Source of the DNA: Candidatus Fraserbacteria bacterium
GTDB lineage: Bacteria > Bipolaricaulota > Bipolaricaulia > RBG-16-55-9 > DRXL01
Direction: 5' to 3'
Assembly (NCBI GenBank): GCA_947085185.1
Contig: CAMTVK010000001.1
Coordinates: 64,001-128,000, forward strand
DNA length: 64,000 nt
In this document: positions 28,300-38,632 of the stretch, piece by piece
Layout of the letters: every line of letters starts with the position of its first letter
Position numbering within the stretch: the stretch's first letter is position 1
Program-made: the position numbers and the translations under genes
Notes under the pieces: generated by a model
Database searches by the model: none
Told to the model about the DNA's origin: nothing
What the model saw: the letters and a program-made list of their open reading frames with translations, nothing else

Positions 28300-29643
28300 A
28301 TGGCTAAGCTCACGGGAATAGAGATCTATAAGCACCTGCCCAAGACCAACTGCGGGGATTGTAACTTCCCCACGTGTATGGCATTTGCGATGCAAGTCGC
28401 GGCCAAAAAAGTCGGGCTGGAGCAGTGCCCGCACGTCTCGGCAGAAGCCAAAGCGGCGCTCTCCGAGGCGCAAGCTCCCCCTATGCGCACCGTAACTGTA
28501 GGTGCGGGAGATCGTGCGCTCAAGCTCGGGGGCGAGACGGTTCTGTTCCGACACGAAGAGAAATTCCATCACCCCACGGCGATCGCCATCCGGGTGCGCG
28601 ATGATCTCTCCGAGAATGAGCTTGTCCAGCGCATCGAGAAGATCAATCAATTACAGTTTGTGCGCGTGGGCCAGCTCATCGGGGTCAACGCCATTGCTAT
28701 CGAGCAGACAGCTCAGGACGTCAATAAGTTCGTGCAGGCGGTCAAGCTTGCTGCGGAGAAGTCGCCCTTGGCATTGGTGCTCGTGAGCTCGGACCCGCAG
28801 GCGCTCCAGGCAGCTCTCGAGATCTGCGCCGAGCGGCGCCCGCTGCTCTGTGCAGCGAACGCAGAAAATTTTAAAGAGTTCGCAGCGCTCGCGAAACATT
28901 TTCAGTGTCCGCTCGCGGTGCGCGCAGCAACGCTCGAAGAACTTGCCGAACTTACGCAACAGATCAAATCTCTCGGCGTCGAAGATCTCGTGCTTCAGCC
29001 GGAGATCTCTGGGCTGGCCGATGGCTTGATGAAGCTGACGCAGCTGCGCCGGCTCGCGCTAGAGAAAAATTTCAGGGCTGTGGGCTACCCCGTGATGGCC
29101 TCCCTCCACGGGAGCGATCCGTTCCTGGAGAGCGCTTATGCTGGAGCGTTCGTGTGCAAATATGCGAGTCTGGTCGTGATGGACGGCGCGGAGCGCTCGC
29201 AGCTGTTGCCCATTCTCACTGTCCGACAGAATATCTTCACCGATCCTCAAGTGCCCAATGCCGTTGAAGCGAAGCTCTACAAAGTCGGCGAGCCCGGCCC
29301 TCACTCCCCGGTGCTCGTCACCACGAACTTTGCGCTCACGTACTTTACGGTCGAAGGTGAGGTCGAGAACAGCCGTGTCCCAGCGTATATCACGGTGGTG
29401 GACACGGGCGGCCTTGGGGTGCTCAATGCCTACGCCGATGACAAACTCACGGCTGAAGCTATCGTGAAAGCCGTCAAGAGTTCTGGAGTGATGGATCAAG
29501 TGGCTCACAAGAGATTGGTCATTCCGGGCTTAGTTGCGGTGCTCAAAGGCGAGATTGAAGATTTGGGGGGCTGGGAGGTCTTAGTCGGCCCAGAAGAAGC
29601 CGCGGGGATTCCCGCGTACCTGAAGAACGAATGGAAGGCGTAA
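28300..29643 (+). CDS. acsC: Corrinoid Fe-S protein large subunit
   Basis: LPKTNCGDCNFPTCMAFA, GGETVLFRHEE.F, TTNFALTYF.V. Confidence 0.96.
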   Translation: MAKLTGIEIYKHLPKTNCGDCNFPTCMAFAMQVAAKKVGLEQCPHVSAEAKAALSEAQAPPMRTVTVGAGDRALKLGGETVLFRHEEKFHHPTAIAIRVRDDLSENELVQRIEKINQLQFVRVGQLIGVNAIAIEQTAQDVNKFVQAVKLAAEKSPLALVLVSSDPQALQAALEICAERRPLLCAANAENFKEFAALAKHFQCPLAVRAATLEELAELTQQIKSLGVEDLVLQPEISGLADGLMKLTQLRRLALEKNFRAVGYPVMASLHGSDPFLESAYAGAFVCKYASLVVMDGAERSQLLPILTVRQNIFTDPQVPNAVEAKLYKVGEPGPHSPVLVTTNFALTYFTVEGEVENSRVPAYITVVDTGGLGVLNAYADDKLTAEAIVKAVKSSGVMDQVAHKRLVIPGLVAVLKGEIEDLGGWEVLVGPEEAAGIPAYLKNEWKA

Positions 29644-29646
29644 GCG

Positions 29647-31578
29647 ATGCCCAAAGTGACGTTCCATCCCGATGAGGTGAGTGTTGTCGTCGAGCGCGGC
29701 GTGACCGTGCAGGCCGCGGCCAAGGCCGCCGGCGTCGAGCTCGCCAGCATCTGCGGCGGTGATGGGATTTGTGGCCGCTGTCGCGTCATCGTCAAGAACG
29801 GCAATATCGAAGCCGCATCGACGACGCTCTTAACTCGGGATGAGATTCAGAAGGGCTATGTGCTCGCCTGTCAGACCAAAGTCCTCGGTGACGTCGACGT
29901 GGAAGTCCCCCCACAGACCCGCGCCGAAGAGGGCCAGATCTTAATAGACCTAGACGCGCAGCGCTTCCGCGCCCTCTACCAAGAAGAGAAGATCTCGTTC
30001 ACGCACGAGCCCCTGGTGCAAAAGCTCTATTTGGAACTACCTCCGCCCACACTCCACGACAACTTGGCCGACCATCAACGGCTCTATCGGGAGGTCCGAA
30101 GGCACAGAAGCTACCCGATCATGCAGACGGGGCTGAAGGTCTTGCGGGCGCAGCCCAAGCTCCTGCGCCAGAGCCACTGGAGAGTGACGGCGACGTTAGG
30201 GCTGCGCGGTGGTGTCGTCGAGGTCTTGCAGCTTGAAGGCGGGGATACTTCCAAGCGCGCTTACGGGATCGCTGTGGACGTGGGCACGTCCACCGTCGTG
30301 GCCCACTTAGTGGACTTGAACACAGGCCGGACGATAGACGCCGAAGCGATGTATAACTCGCAGCGGGCCTACGGCGAAGAAGTCACACGCAGAATTCTCT
30401 ACGCGGAGCGCGGCGGCTTGGAGCCATTACAGAAGACCATCGTCAACGACATCAATAACTTAATTACGGCGCTGGTGGAGCGCAATAAGATCGCGCTCCA
30501 TGACTGTTTAGCGGTCGCCTGCGCGGGCAACACCACGATGATGCACTTGCTCTTGGGGCTTGATCCCAGCTCGATCCGGCGCGATCCGTATGTGTCGTGC
30601 TCGACGGCGCCCCCACCGGTGCGCGCCGCTGAAGTGGGCATCCACATCAATCCTCGGGGGTTATTGTACTGTCTGCCGGCTATTGGGGGCTGGGTCGGCG
30701 GCGATGTCACCGCGGGGATCCTAGCGACGGGGCTCTATGAGTCTGACAAGACCGTGATGCTCATAGACGTGGGCACCAACGGGGAGATCGTCATCGGGCG
30801 TCGCGAAGGCCGCTTCTATTGGTTGGTGACGTGTTCGGCTTCAGCGGGGCCGGCCTTTGAGGGCTCCGGGGTCAAGTGTGGCATGAAGGCGAGTCGCGGC
30901 GCTATCGAGCGCGTCCAGATCTCCCCCGACGGCAATGTCTTATATAAGACCGTGGGCAACGTCCGGCCCAAGGGGATCTGTGGGTCTGGGTTGATAGACT
31001 TGGTCGCGGGGCTCTTAGAAGCCGGGTTTATAGATCGCTCGGGGAGGCTCATTCCCGAGGCCAGCCCGCGCATGCGCGAGTGCGATGGGGTCTTAGAATT
31101 CGTCGTAGTCCCGGCACAGCGCTCGGCGACTGGGAAAGATATCGTGATCACCCAAGCAGATATAGAGAATCTGGTGCGGGCCAAAGCGGCGATCTACGCC
31201 GGGACTCTGATCTTGCTCAAATCGCTCAATCTCGATATGACCGACATAGATCGGATCTTTATCGCCGGGGGCTTTGGAAACTATCTCGACCGAGAGAAAG
31301 CGATTATGATCGGGCTTATTCCCGATCTGCCGTTAGAGAAGATTCGCTTTGTGGGGAACACGTCTATTTTGGGAGCCAAGATGGCGCTGCTGTCGCGGGA
31401 GGCGTGGGAGAAGTGTGAGGAGATCGCGCAGAGCGCGACATACTACGATCTGATCAGCTTCCCGCACTACTACGAAGAATTTCTCGCGGCCAAGTTCTTG
31501 CCTCACACGGAGCTGGAGCGATTCCCATCGGTGCAGGAGCGATTGCGGGTGAAGGAAGCGCTATGGCATTCACGATAG
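29647..31578 (+). CDS. acsV: Reductive activator of corrinoid protein (RACo/AcsV)
   Basis: N-terminal 2Fe-2S CGGDGICGRC, DVGTST, DVGTNGE, SAGPAFEG, GICGSG, AGGFG. Confidence 0.93.
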   Translation: MPKVTFHPDEVSVVVERGVTVQAAAKAAGVELASICGGDGICGRCRVIVKNGNIEAASTTLLTRDEIQKGYVLACQTKVLGDVDVEVPPQTRAEEGQILIDLDAQRFRALYQEEKISFTHEPLVQKLYLELPPPTLHDNLADHQRLYREVRRHRSYPIMQTGLKVLRAQPKLLRQSHWRVTATLGLRGGVVEVLQLEGGDTSKRAYGIAVDVGTSTVVAHLVDLNTGRTIDAEAMYNSQRAYGEEVTRRILYAERGGLEPLQKTIVNDINNLITALVERNKIALHDCLAVACAGNTTMMHLLLGLDPSSIRRDPYVSCSTAPPPVRAAEVGIHINPRGLLYCLPAIGGWVGGDVTAGILATGLYESDKTVMLIDVGTNGEIVIGRREGRFYWLVTCSASAGPAFEGSGVKCGMKASRGAIERVQISPDGNVLYKTVGNVRPKGICGSGLIDLVAGLLEAGFIDRSGRLIPEASPRMRECDGVLEFVVVPAQRSATGKDIVITQADIENLVRAKAAIYAGTLILLKSLNLDMTDIDRIFIAGGFGNYLDREKAIMIGLIPDLPLEKIRFVGNTSILGAKMALLSREAWEKCEEIAQSATYYDLISFPHYYEEFLAAKFLPHTELERFPSVQERLRVKEALWHSR

Positions 31579-32336
31579 CGGTTGCGGGCAAGGGTGGTGT
31601 GGGCAAGACGACCGTCGCGGGGTTGATCGCTCGGCTGCTCGTCGAGCAGGGCAACGGCCCAGTGCTCGCTATTGACGCTGATCCCAACACGAACTTCCAT
31701 GAGGTCTTGGGACTGAATATTGAGCAGACTATCGGTGAGCTGCGCGAGGAGACGTTACAGCGCATTAAGGACCTGCCGCCAGGGGTCACCAAAGATCAGT
31801 ACTTGGAGTATGGGCTGCAGCAGTGTCTCGTCGAGAGCCATGGGATTGATCTCTTAGCGATGGGGCGGGGCGAGGGCCCCTTCTGTTACTGCGCCGTCAA
31901 TCACGTGCTGCGCCGATATATAGAGATCTTGAGCAAGAACTATAAGTACGTGGTGCTGGACAACGAAGCAGGGCTGGAGCATCTGTCGCGGCGCACAACA
32001 CAAGACGTTGACGTTCTCTTAGTGATTAGTGATGCGACGCCGGTGGCGCTGCAAGCAGCCGCTCGCATCAACAAATTAGCTGACGAGCTGCAGCTGCGCA
32101 TCCATAAGAGATTTTTGGTGCTCAACCATGTGAGTGATGGGGCACAGCTTCAACGAGTGCTGGACAAGATCGCGCAGACAGGGCTCGCTCTCATAGGGGA
32201 GATCCCCACCGACGAGGTGCTCATGCGTCTCAGTTTTGCGGGCCAGCCCCTCAGCGAGCTGCCCCAGGATTCTCCCGCGAAGCTCGCGGCCAAAGCGATC
32301 GTGGAGAAGATTTTGCACAGCGGAGGAGGATCATAA
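31563..32336 (+). CDS. acsF: Second CooC/AcsF nickel-insertion ATPase
   Basis: GKGGVGKTT, CYC, DNEAGLEHLSRRT. Confidence 0.88.
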   Translation: MAFTIAVAGKGGVGKTTVAGLIARLLVEQGNGPVLAIDADPNTNFHEVLGLNIEQTIGELREETLQRIKDLPPGVTKDQYLEYGLQQCLVESHGIDLLAMGRGEGPFCYCAVNHVLRRYIEILSKNYKYVVLDNEAGLEHLSRRTTQDVDVLLVISDATPVALQAAARINKLADELQLRIHKRFLVLNHVSDGAQLQRVLDKIAQTGLALIGEIPTDEVLMRLSFAGQPLSELPQDSPAKLAAKAIVEKILHSGGGS

Positions 32337-32337
32337 G

Positions 32338-33318
32338 ATGCCCATCGCTCTTCCCGATGTCAAGAAGACTTGGCCGAACGCGATCAATACAGTGACTCTG
32401 GGGGCAACCACAGACGAGGGCGGCACGCGCACGAAAAAAGTCACTGTGGGTGGGGCCACAGCGTTGCCGTTCCATCACTTCGAGGGCGCGATGCCCCATC
32501 CCCCAGTGATCGCGATGGAGGTTTGGGATGTCGTTCCCCAGGATTGGCCGGATGTACTCGCCGAGCACTTCGCGGACGTCTGGCACGATCCGGGGCTGTG
32601 GGCCCAAAAGTGTGTGGAGCAGTACGGTGCTGACTTGATTTGCTTGCGGCTTGCAGGCTGCGATCCCGTGAGAGAGAATCGCGGCCCACAGGAAGCAGCC
32701 CAGGCTGTTAAGCGCGTCTTAGAATCTGTGGGCGTGCCGCTGATCGTTTGGGGCACGGGTAATGACGACAAAGACAACGAGATCTTCCCAGCTGTCGCCG
32801 AGGCTGCTGCAGGGGAGAACTGTCTGTTGGGCACGATCACTGAAGAGAACTATAAGACTTTAGTGGCGCTCTGCACAGCGTACAAGCACAAAGTGATCGC
32901 CGAGTCGCCCTGCGACGTGAACATCGCCAAGCAAGTCAATATCTTAGCAACAGATATGGGCTTCAAGCCCGAAGATATCGTGATCTATCCCACGAGCGCG
33001 GCGCTCGGCTATGGGTTGGAGTACGTCTACTCCGTGATGGAGCGCGCACGGTTAGCAGCCCTGCGTGGAGATAAGATGCTCTCGCAGCCCATGATCTGCG
33101 ATATCGGGATTGAAGTCTGGGGCGTGAAAGAAGCGAAAGCGAGTGAACAAGAGCTTCCCGAATGGGGCGCGCAAAAAGAGCGTGGGCCGCTGTGGGAGGC
33201 GAGCACGGCGTATGTCTATCTCTTAGCAGGTGCAGATATCTTAGTGCTGCGCCATCCGCGGGCTGTCGCGAGCGTGCGCGAAGCCATCAAACACTTGATG
33301 GGAGATGGTCTCGCATGA
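32338..33318 (+). CDS. acsD: Corrinoid Fe-S protein small subunit
   Basis: VGG..ALPF..FEG, DVNIAKQVN, ALGYGLEY.YS.MER, LRHP. Confidence 0.95.
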   Translation: MPIALPDVKKTWPNAINTVTLGATTDEGGTRTKKVTVGGATALPFHHFEGAMPHPPVIAMEVWDVVPQDWPDVLAEHFADVWHDPGLWAQKCVEQYGADLICLRLAGCDPVRENRGPQEAAQAVKRVLESVGVPLIVWGTGNDDKDNEIFPAVAEAAAGENCLLGTITEENYKTLVALCTAYKHKVIAESPCDVNIAKQVNILATDMGFKPEDIVIYPTSAALGYGLEYVYSVMERARLAALRGDKMLSQPMICDIGIEVWGVKEAKASEQELPEWGAQKERGPLWEASTAYVYLLAGADILVLRHPRAVASVREAIKHLMGDGLA

Positions 33319-34118
33319 TTCTGATAGGGGAGCGCATCAACGGGAGTTTTAAAGATATCGGAGCTGCAATCAAAGAGAAGAACAAAGCTCCGATCCAAGA
33401 GTGGGCAAAGAGACAAACGGAAGCTGGTGCGGACTATCTGGACATTAACTTAGGAGCAGTCTCCAAGAGCGCAGATGACTTCCGCTGGCTCATTCAGACA
33501 GTCTGTGAGGCCGTCCCCACCCCGATCTCCATTGACTACAACAAGCTCGATCTGATGCGCGCGGGCTTGGAAGCTTATAGAGACTATGGAGGCGGGCGCC
33601 CAGTGATCATCAACAGCACGACGGCCGAAGATAGCAAGCTCATGCCGTTAGTTGAGCTTGCAGTACAGTACAACGCTGGGCTGATCGGGGTGGTGATGGA
33701 CGAGCGCGGCAGCCCGCAGGACGTCGACAGAAGGGTCGAGCTTGGAGCGAAGATCTTTGCTGTCGCCAGTGAAGCTGGGCTGACCCCCGACAGAATCTAT
33801 CTGGACCCGATCGTGATGCCCTTGAAGTTTATGCAAGAGCAAGCCAAGAACGTCCTAGAAGCGATCAGGCAGTTCGCGATGATCTCTGAGCCGCCACCGC
33901 ATATTTCGATTGGGCTGAGTAATATCTGTTCCAAAGCGCAAGAACGCTCGCTCATCAACCGGACTTTTTTGGTCATGGCCATGGCTATGGGGTGTGATAC
34001 AGCGATCTGCAACGTCTGCGATCAGGAGCTAATGAACGCCGTGGCTACGGCAGAGCTGATTCTCAACAAAGAGATCTACAGCGACAGCTATTTGAAGGCA
34101 TATCGGAAGAATGTGTAA
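33315..34118 (+). CDS. acsE: Methyl-THF:corrinoid Fe-S protein methyltransferase
   Basis: MILIGERING.F, YLDINLG, IINST, DPIVMP, GLSN. Confidence 0.95.
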   Translation: MILIGERINGSFKDIGAAIKEKNKAPIQEWAKRQTEAGADYLDINLGAVSKSADDFRWLIQTVCEAVPTPISIDYNKLDLMRAGLEAYRDYGGGRPVIINSTTAEDSKLMPLVELAVQYNAGLIGVVMDERGSPQDVDRRVELGAKIFAVASEAGLTPDRIYLDPIVMPLKFMQEQAKNVLEAIRQFAMISEPPPHISIGLSNICSKAQERSLINRTFLVMAMAMGCDTAICNVCDQELMNAVATAELILNKEIYSDSYLKAYRKNV

Positions 34119-34127
34119 GGAGGAGCT

Positions 34128-36035
34128 ATGAAAGAGAAGAGCGTAGACAGAGCGACGATCGAGATGCTCCGGCGCACTAAAGAGAGACAGCTGGAGACGG
34201 CGTGGGACCGATGGGAGGCGCAACAGCCCCAGTGCGGCTTCGGGCAGTTGGGCATCTGCTGCAGAATCTGTAATATGGGGCCCTGTCGCATTGACCCCTT
34301 TGGACGGGGTCCTCAGCGTGGCGTCTGCGGCGCTGATGCGGACACGATCGTCGCTCGGAACTTAGCACGAATGATCGCCGCAGGAGCGGCCGCTCACTCC
34401 GATCACGGGCGCGATGTCGCCTATACGCTGCTGCTCGCCGCCGAGGGCAAAGGCGGCTATCACATCAAAGACCCGATAAAACTCAGAAGGGTCGCTGCCG
34501 AGTTTGGCATCGGGCCAGACACCAAGAGCGACGCTGAGGTCGCCAAAGCCCTCGCCGAGAAAGTCTTAGCTGAGTTTGGCCAACAGGAGGGCGAACTCAC
34601 GTTCGCCAAGCGCGCTCCCAAAGCCCGCCAGGAGCTATGGCGTAGACTGAACATCATGCCAAGGGGTATAGATCGCGAGATCGTCGAGGTCATGCACCGA
34701 ACTACCATGGGCGTGGACAATGACTATAAAAACATTCTCTTGCAAGGGATGCGCGCAGCGCTCGCCGACGGCTGGGGCGGCTCAATGATTGCTACCGAGC
34801 TTCAAGACATGCTCTTCCGAACCCCTACGCCCCTGAGAGCCAAGGTGAACTTGGGCGTTCTCCAAAGCGACGCGGTCAACGTCGTGGTGCACGGTCATGA
34901 ACCCACGCTCTCAGAGATGCTCGTCGCGGCCAGCCGCGACCCTGAGCTGCAGACGTTAGCGCAGCAGCAAGGCGCTAAGGGAATTAACTTAGCAGGCATC
35001 TGCTGCACCGCCAATGAGATCTTAATGCGCCACGGCATCCCCATCGCCGGGAACTTCTTGCAGCAAGAGTTAGCCCTCGCAACAGGAGCCGTAGACGCGA
35101 TGGTCGTCGATGTCCAGTGCATCATGCCCGCGCTCAGCAGCCTCGCCCAGTGCTTCCATACGAAGCTGATCACGACTTCTCCGAAAGCGAAGTTCCCGGG
35201 CGTAGAGCACATAGAGTTTCACGAAGAGCACGCTTACGAGATCGCAAAAGAGATTATTAAGCGCGCTATTGAGAACTTCCCCAATCGGGACCATCAGCGG
35301 GTGAGCATCCCGCCGCACAAGATGGACCTCATCGCGGGCTTCACTTCAGAGAGTGTCTTTCGCTTCTTGGGCGGGCGCTATCGCGCCACGTATAGGCCTC
35401 TGAATGACGCGATCATTGACGGGCGGCTGCGGGGCGCCGCGGCTATCGTCGGGTGCAATAACCCCAATATCACTCATGACTGGGCCCATATCGAGATGAC
35501 CAAAGAACTTCTCAAGAACGACGTCTTGATCGTGACGACGGGCTGCGCGGCCATCGCGGACGCCAAGTGTGGGTTTTTACGTCCAGAAGCGGCGTTCGAG
35601 TACGCTGGGCCGGGCCTGAGGGAGATCTGCGAGGCCGTGGGCATCCCGCCGGTGCTGCACGTTGGAGCGTGTGTCGATAACTCGCGAATTCTCACGACGC
35701 TTATCGAGATCGTGAGCGAGGGGGGCCTGGGCGACGATTTCTCCAAGCTCCCTGTGGCCGGCGCGGCCCCTGAATGGATGAGCGAGAAAGCGATTGCAAT
35801 TGGATTCTATGTCGTCGCTTCCGGGATATTTACGGTCTTTGGCACGCCGCACCCCATCTATGGGAGTCGCAACGTCACGAAGTTCTTGACTGAAGAGATT
35901 GAAGAGCTTGTCGGCGGAAAATTCGCGTTCGAGCCAGACCCAATCAAAGCCGCTCGCTTCATGTTGGCGCACATAGATAGAAAACGCGCCGAGCTGAAGC
36001 TGAGAGAGCCCATGTACACGCCGGCCTATGCGTAA
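34128..36035 (+). CDS. cooS: Ni,Fe carbon monoxide dehydrogenase catalytic subunit
   Basis: QCGFG...CCRICNMGPC, HSDHGR; C-cluster ligands HGHEP, CCTANE, DVQC, GCNN, TGC, GACVDN; SEKA. Confidence 0.97.
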   Translation: MKEKSVDRATIEMLRRTKERQLETAWDRWEAQQPQCGFGQLGICCRICNMGPCRIDPFGRGPQRGVCGADADTIVARNLARMIAAGAAAHSDHGRDVAYTLLLAAEGKGGYHIKDPIKLRRVAAEFGIGPDTKSDAEVAKALAEKVLAEFGQQEGELTFAKRAPKARQELWRRLNIMPRGIDREIVEVMHRTTMGVDNDYKNILLQGMRAALADGWGGSMIATELQDMLFRTPTPLRAKVNLGVLQSDAVNVVVHGHEPTLSEMLVAASRDPELQTLAQQQGAKGINLAGICCTANEILMRHGIPIAGNFLQQELALATGAVDAMVVDVQCIMPALSSLAQCFHTKLITTSPKAKFPGVEHIEFHEEHAYEIAKEIIKRAIENFPNRDHQRVSIPPHKMDLIAGFTSESVFRFLGGRYRATYRPLNDAIIDGRLRGAAAIVGCNNPNITHDWAHIEMTKELLKNDVLIVTTGCAAIADAKCGFLRPEAAFEYAGPGLREICEAVGIPPVLHVGACVDNSRILTTLIEIVSEGGLGDDFSKLPVAGAAPEWMSEKAIAIGFYVVASGIFTVFGTPHPIYGSRNVTKFLTEEIEELVGGKFAFEPDPIKAARFMLAHIDRKRAELKLREPMYTPAYA

Positions 36036-36669
36036 CCCAGCGTGGGAGCAGAGCTTAGCGCCCAAGATCGCGCAAGCGCGCAATGAGCTGCGCCAGCGCG
36101 ATCCCTGCGCGATCGCGGATAACTCTGGGGCCGTCTACTACGAGATCGAGGAGGGTCAGGGGCGCTTCCAGGTGCGCTTCTTCGGCCACCCCTATACGAT
36201 CACCTGGCCGGAGCTCGAAGTCCTCGATCCGAAAGGACAGAGCTGCTCCAATCCCATCCAGGCCGTGCTCTTGGAATATTTGGTTCTCGCCGATGGCACA
36301 CCGTTAGCCCAGCGCTGGGTCTCTCTGAGGGAGCTGCCCAATGGGGGGTTCTATGAGCGCGCTTTTCAGGGCTATTCGGGGAATTTAGTCGCGCGTCATT
36401 TCCAGAGCGACTTAGGGGGTCTCCGGCAGGCAGCGCAGCGCCTTGGCGGCGAGCCCCTCGATCTGGGAGATGCAGCGTTTCGCTTTTGGGCGCTGCCAAG
36501 AATCCCCCTCGCTGTGGTCTATTGGTCCGGCGGCGATGAATTCCCCTCAAGCGCCCAAGTCTTATTCGACGCTTCTGCAGGGCACTATCATCACATAGAG
36601 ATGTTGGCGCATCTTGGTGCGCTGATCTGCGATCGGCTGATTGCCGTGCATCGTGGGGATTTTGGGTAA
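36028..36669 (+). CDS. DUF3786-family protein
   Basis: WVSLRELPNGGFY, ALPRIPL...W.GGDEFP..AQVLFD; family commonly in acs clusters. Confidence 0.8.
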   Translation: MRNPAWEQSLAPKIAQARNELRQRDPCAIADNSGAVYYEIEEGQGRFQVRFFGHPYTITWPELEVLDPKGQSCSNPIQAVLLEYLVLADGTPLAQRWVSLRELPNGGFYERAFQGYSGNLVARHFQSDLGGLRQAAQRLGGEPLDLGDAAFRFWALPRIPLAVVYWSGGDEFPSSAQVLFDASAGHYHHIEMLAHLGALICDRLIAVHRGDFG

Positions 36670-36702
36670 AATAGCACCACCACTACTCTCAAGGAGGTAC
36701 TC

Positions 36703-38145
36703 ATGAACGTTCGGCTTGCCAGCGGCAAGGAGATCCCCGTGGAGATGCACAAGGTCCGCATCGTGCAGAAGATCAATCTGCGCTCGGTGGATGAGCGGCG
36801 GCGCGCACTCGAAGAAGCCGGGTATAATACGTTTCTTCTGCGGACCCGCGATGTCTTCTTAGATATGCTCACCGACAGCGGCGTCAACGCCATGAGCGAC
36901 AATCAATTGGCCGGGATGATGGTCGCCGATGACGCCTACGCCGGCAGCGAGAGCTATTATCGTCTGGTTGAGGCGGTCCAAGACGTACTGGGCTATGCAT
37001 ATGTGCTCCCTGTCCATCAGGGCCGCGCTGCCGAGCATCTCATTGACAAAGTCTTTCTGAAGCCGGGCCAGGTCGTCCCTACGAATTATCACTTCACGAC
37101 GACTCGCGCGCACATCGAGATCCTCGGCGGCACTATGCTCGAAATCTACGCTGATGAGGCCCTCAACACCCAGAGCACCCATCCGTTCAAGGGCAATATC
37201 GATCTCAATAAGCTCCATGACGTCATCGAGCGCTACGGCCCGGGGAAGATCGCGTATGTGCGCATGGAAGCGACGACGAATCTTTTGGGGGGACAGCCGT
37301 TCTCGCTCGAAAATATGCGCGCAGTGCGCAAGATCTGCGACCAGCATAAGCTCTTATTGGTCTTGGATGGGAGCCTCGTCAGTGAGAACGCGTATCTCAT
37401 CAGGCAGCGCGAGAGCGGTTATGCTCACAAGAGCGTGGCAGAGATCGTGAAGGAGATGTGTGCGCTCGCTGATATTTACTACATGAGCGCGCGCAAGAAC
37501 ACGAGCGTGCGCGGCGGCCTCATCGCTACCAACAATGAGAAGTTCTATCTGCAGCTGCGCGATTGGCTCCCGGTCTATGAAGGGTTTCTCACCTACGGGG
37601 GCATGTCGGTGAAAGAGGTCGAAGCGATGGCTGTGGGGCTGCGGGAGATGACTGCGCCGGAGGTCGCCGGCTGTGCCGTCGAACAGGTGCGATATTTTGC
37701 GCATCGGCTCTTGGAGCACGGCGTCCCCGTGGTCACGCCGCCGGGGGGCTTGGCCTGTCACTTGGATGCGCAGCGCTTCCTGCCCCATATTCCCCAACAT
37801 CAATACCCTGCGGGGGCTCTGACAGCAGCGGTCTACTTGGCTTCGGGCATCAGGACGATGGAGCGCGGGACGATCTCCACGGATCGCGACAAGGACGGCA
37901 AAGAGATCTTGGCAGATCTAGAGCTTACGCGGATCGCTGTTCCCAGACGGGTCTACACGATCTCGCATATCGAGTATGCTGTCGATCGCATCGTGTGGCT
38001 GTATAGGCATCGGGAGATAGTGAAGGGCTTAAAGTTTGTGGAGGAGCCGCCGGTGCTGCGGTTCTTCTTTGGGAAGCTCGCGCCGCTGGCCAATTGGGGT
38101 CAGGCCCTGTGCGAGGTGTTCAAGAAGGAGCTTGGTGACTATTGA
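36703..38145 (+). CDS. Tryptophanase / tyrosine phenol-lyase family PLP enzyme
   Basis: AGYNTFLL...DMLTDSG, HQGRAAE, HFTTTR, FKGNID, SARK (PLP Lys), YEGFLTYGG, PRRVYT, LRFF. Confidence 0.9.
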   Translation: MNVRLASGKEIPVEMHKVRIVQKINLRSVDERRRALEEAGYNTFLLRTRDVFLDMLTDSGVNAMSDNQLAGMMVADDAYAGSESYYRLVEAVQDVLGYAYVLPVHQGRAAEHLIDKVFLKPGQVVPTNYHFTTTRAHIEILGGTMLEIYADEALNTQSTHPFKGNIDLNKLHDVIERYGPGKIAYVRMEATTNLLGGQPFSLENMRAVRKICDQHKLLLVLDGSLVSENAYLIRQRESGYAHKSVAEIVKEMCALADIYYMSARKNTSVRGGLIATNNEKFYLQLRDWLPVYEGFLTYGGMSVKEVEAMAVGLREMTAPEVAGCAVEQVRYFAHRLLEHGVPVVTPPGGLACHLDAQRFLPHIPQHQYPAGALTAAVYLASGIRTMERGTISTDRDKDGKEILADLELTRIAVPRRVYTISHIEYAVDRIVWLYRHREIVKGLKFVEEPPVLRFFFGKLAPLANWGQALCEVFKKELGDY

Positions 38146-38191
38146 GCGGAGGAGGCGTGGAGAGCTTGCAGGATGGAGTGGGGTGAGAGCC

Positions 38192-38632
38192 ATGTCAGAA
38201 GTGAAAGCGAGGACTCAGGGCAAACTGATCCCGCTCTTGCAGCAGGCCCAAGACAAATGGGGCTATCTGCCCCAAGAGGCCCTGCGGCAGATCGCCCGCT
38301 TGCTGCACTTGCCTGAAAGTCACGTCTTCGGCGTGGCAACGTTCTATGCGCAATTCAAGCTGACACCGGTGGGCCGCCGGCGGGTTATAGTCTGTCGCGG
38401 CACGGCCTGCCACGCGCGTGGGGGAGCGCGCGTGCTCGCTACAGTCAAGAAAGAGCTGGGCCTGCAAGAATGGGAGACCGCGGCGGATCTTTCGTACACC
38501 CTGGAAACAGCCGCTTGCATTGGTGCCTGCGCTTTAGCTCCCTGTCTGGTCATCAACGGCCAGGTCCACGGGCGGCTGACACCACAGAAGGCCGCCGAAC
38601 TCTTTGAAGAGAGGAGGTCCCGTGAAGACTGA
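38192..38632 (+). CDS. NuoE/HydC-like [2Fe-2S] subunit
   Basis: GVATFYAQF, VCRGTACH, ACIGACALAP. Confidence 0.92.
   Translation: MSEVKARTQGKLIPLLQQAQDKWGYLPQEALRQIARLLHLPESHVFGVATFYAQFKLTPVGRRRVIVCRGTACHARGGARVLATVKKELGLQEWETAADLSYTLETAACIGACALAPCLVINGQVHGRLTPQKAAELFEERRSRED

Noticed and set aside
36620..36672. Fifth tandem-box promoter before the tryptophanase-like gene
   Set aside because: TAAAAT is present but there are no TCAT boxes at the required spacing.
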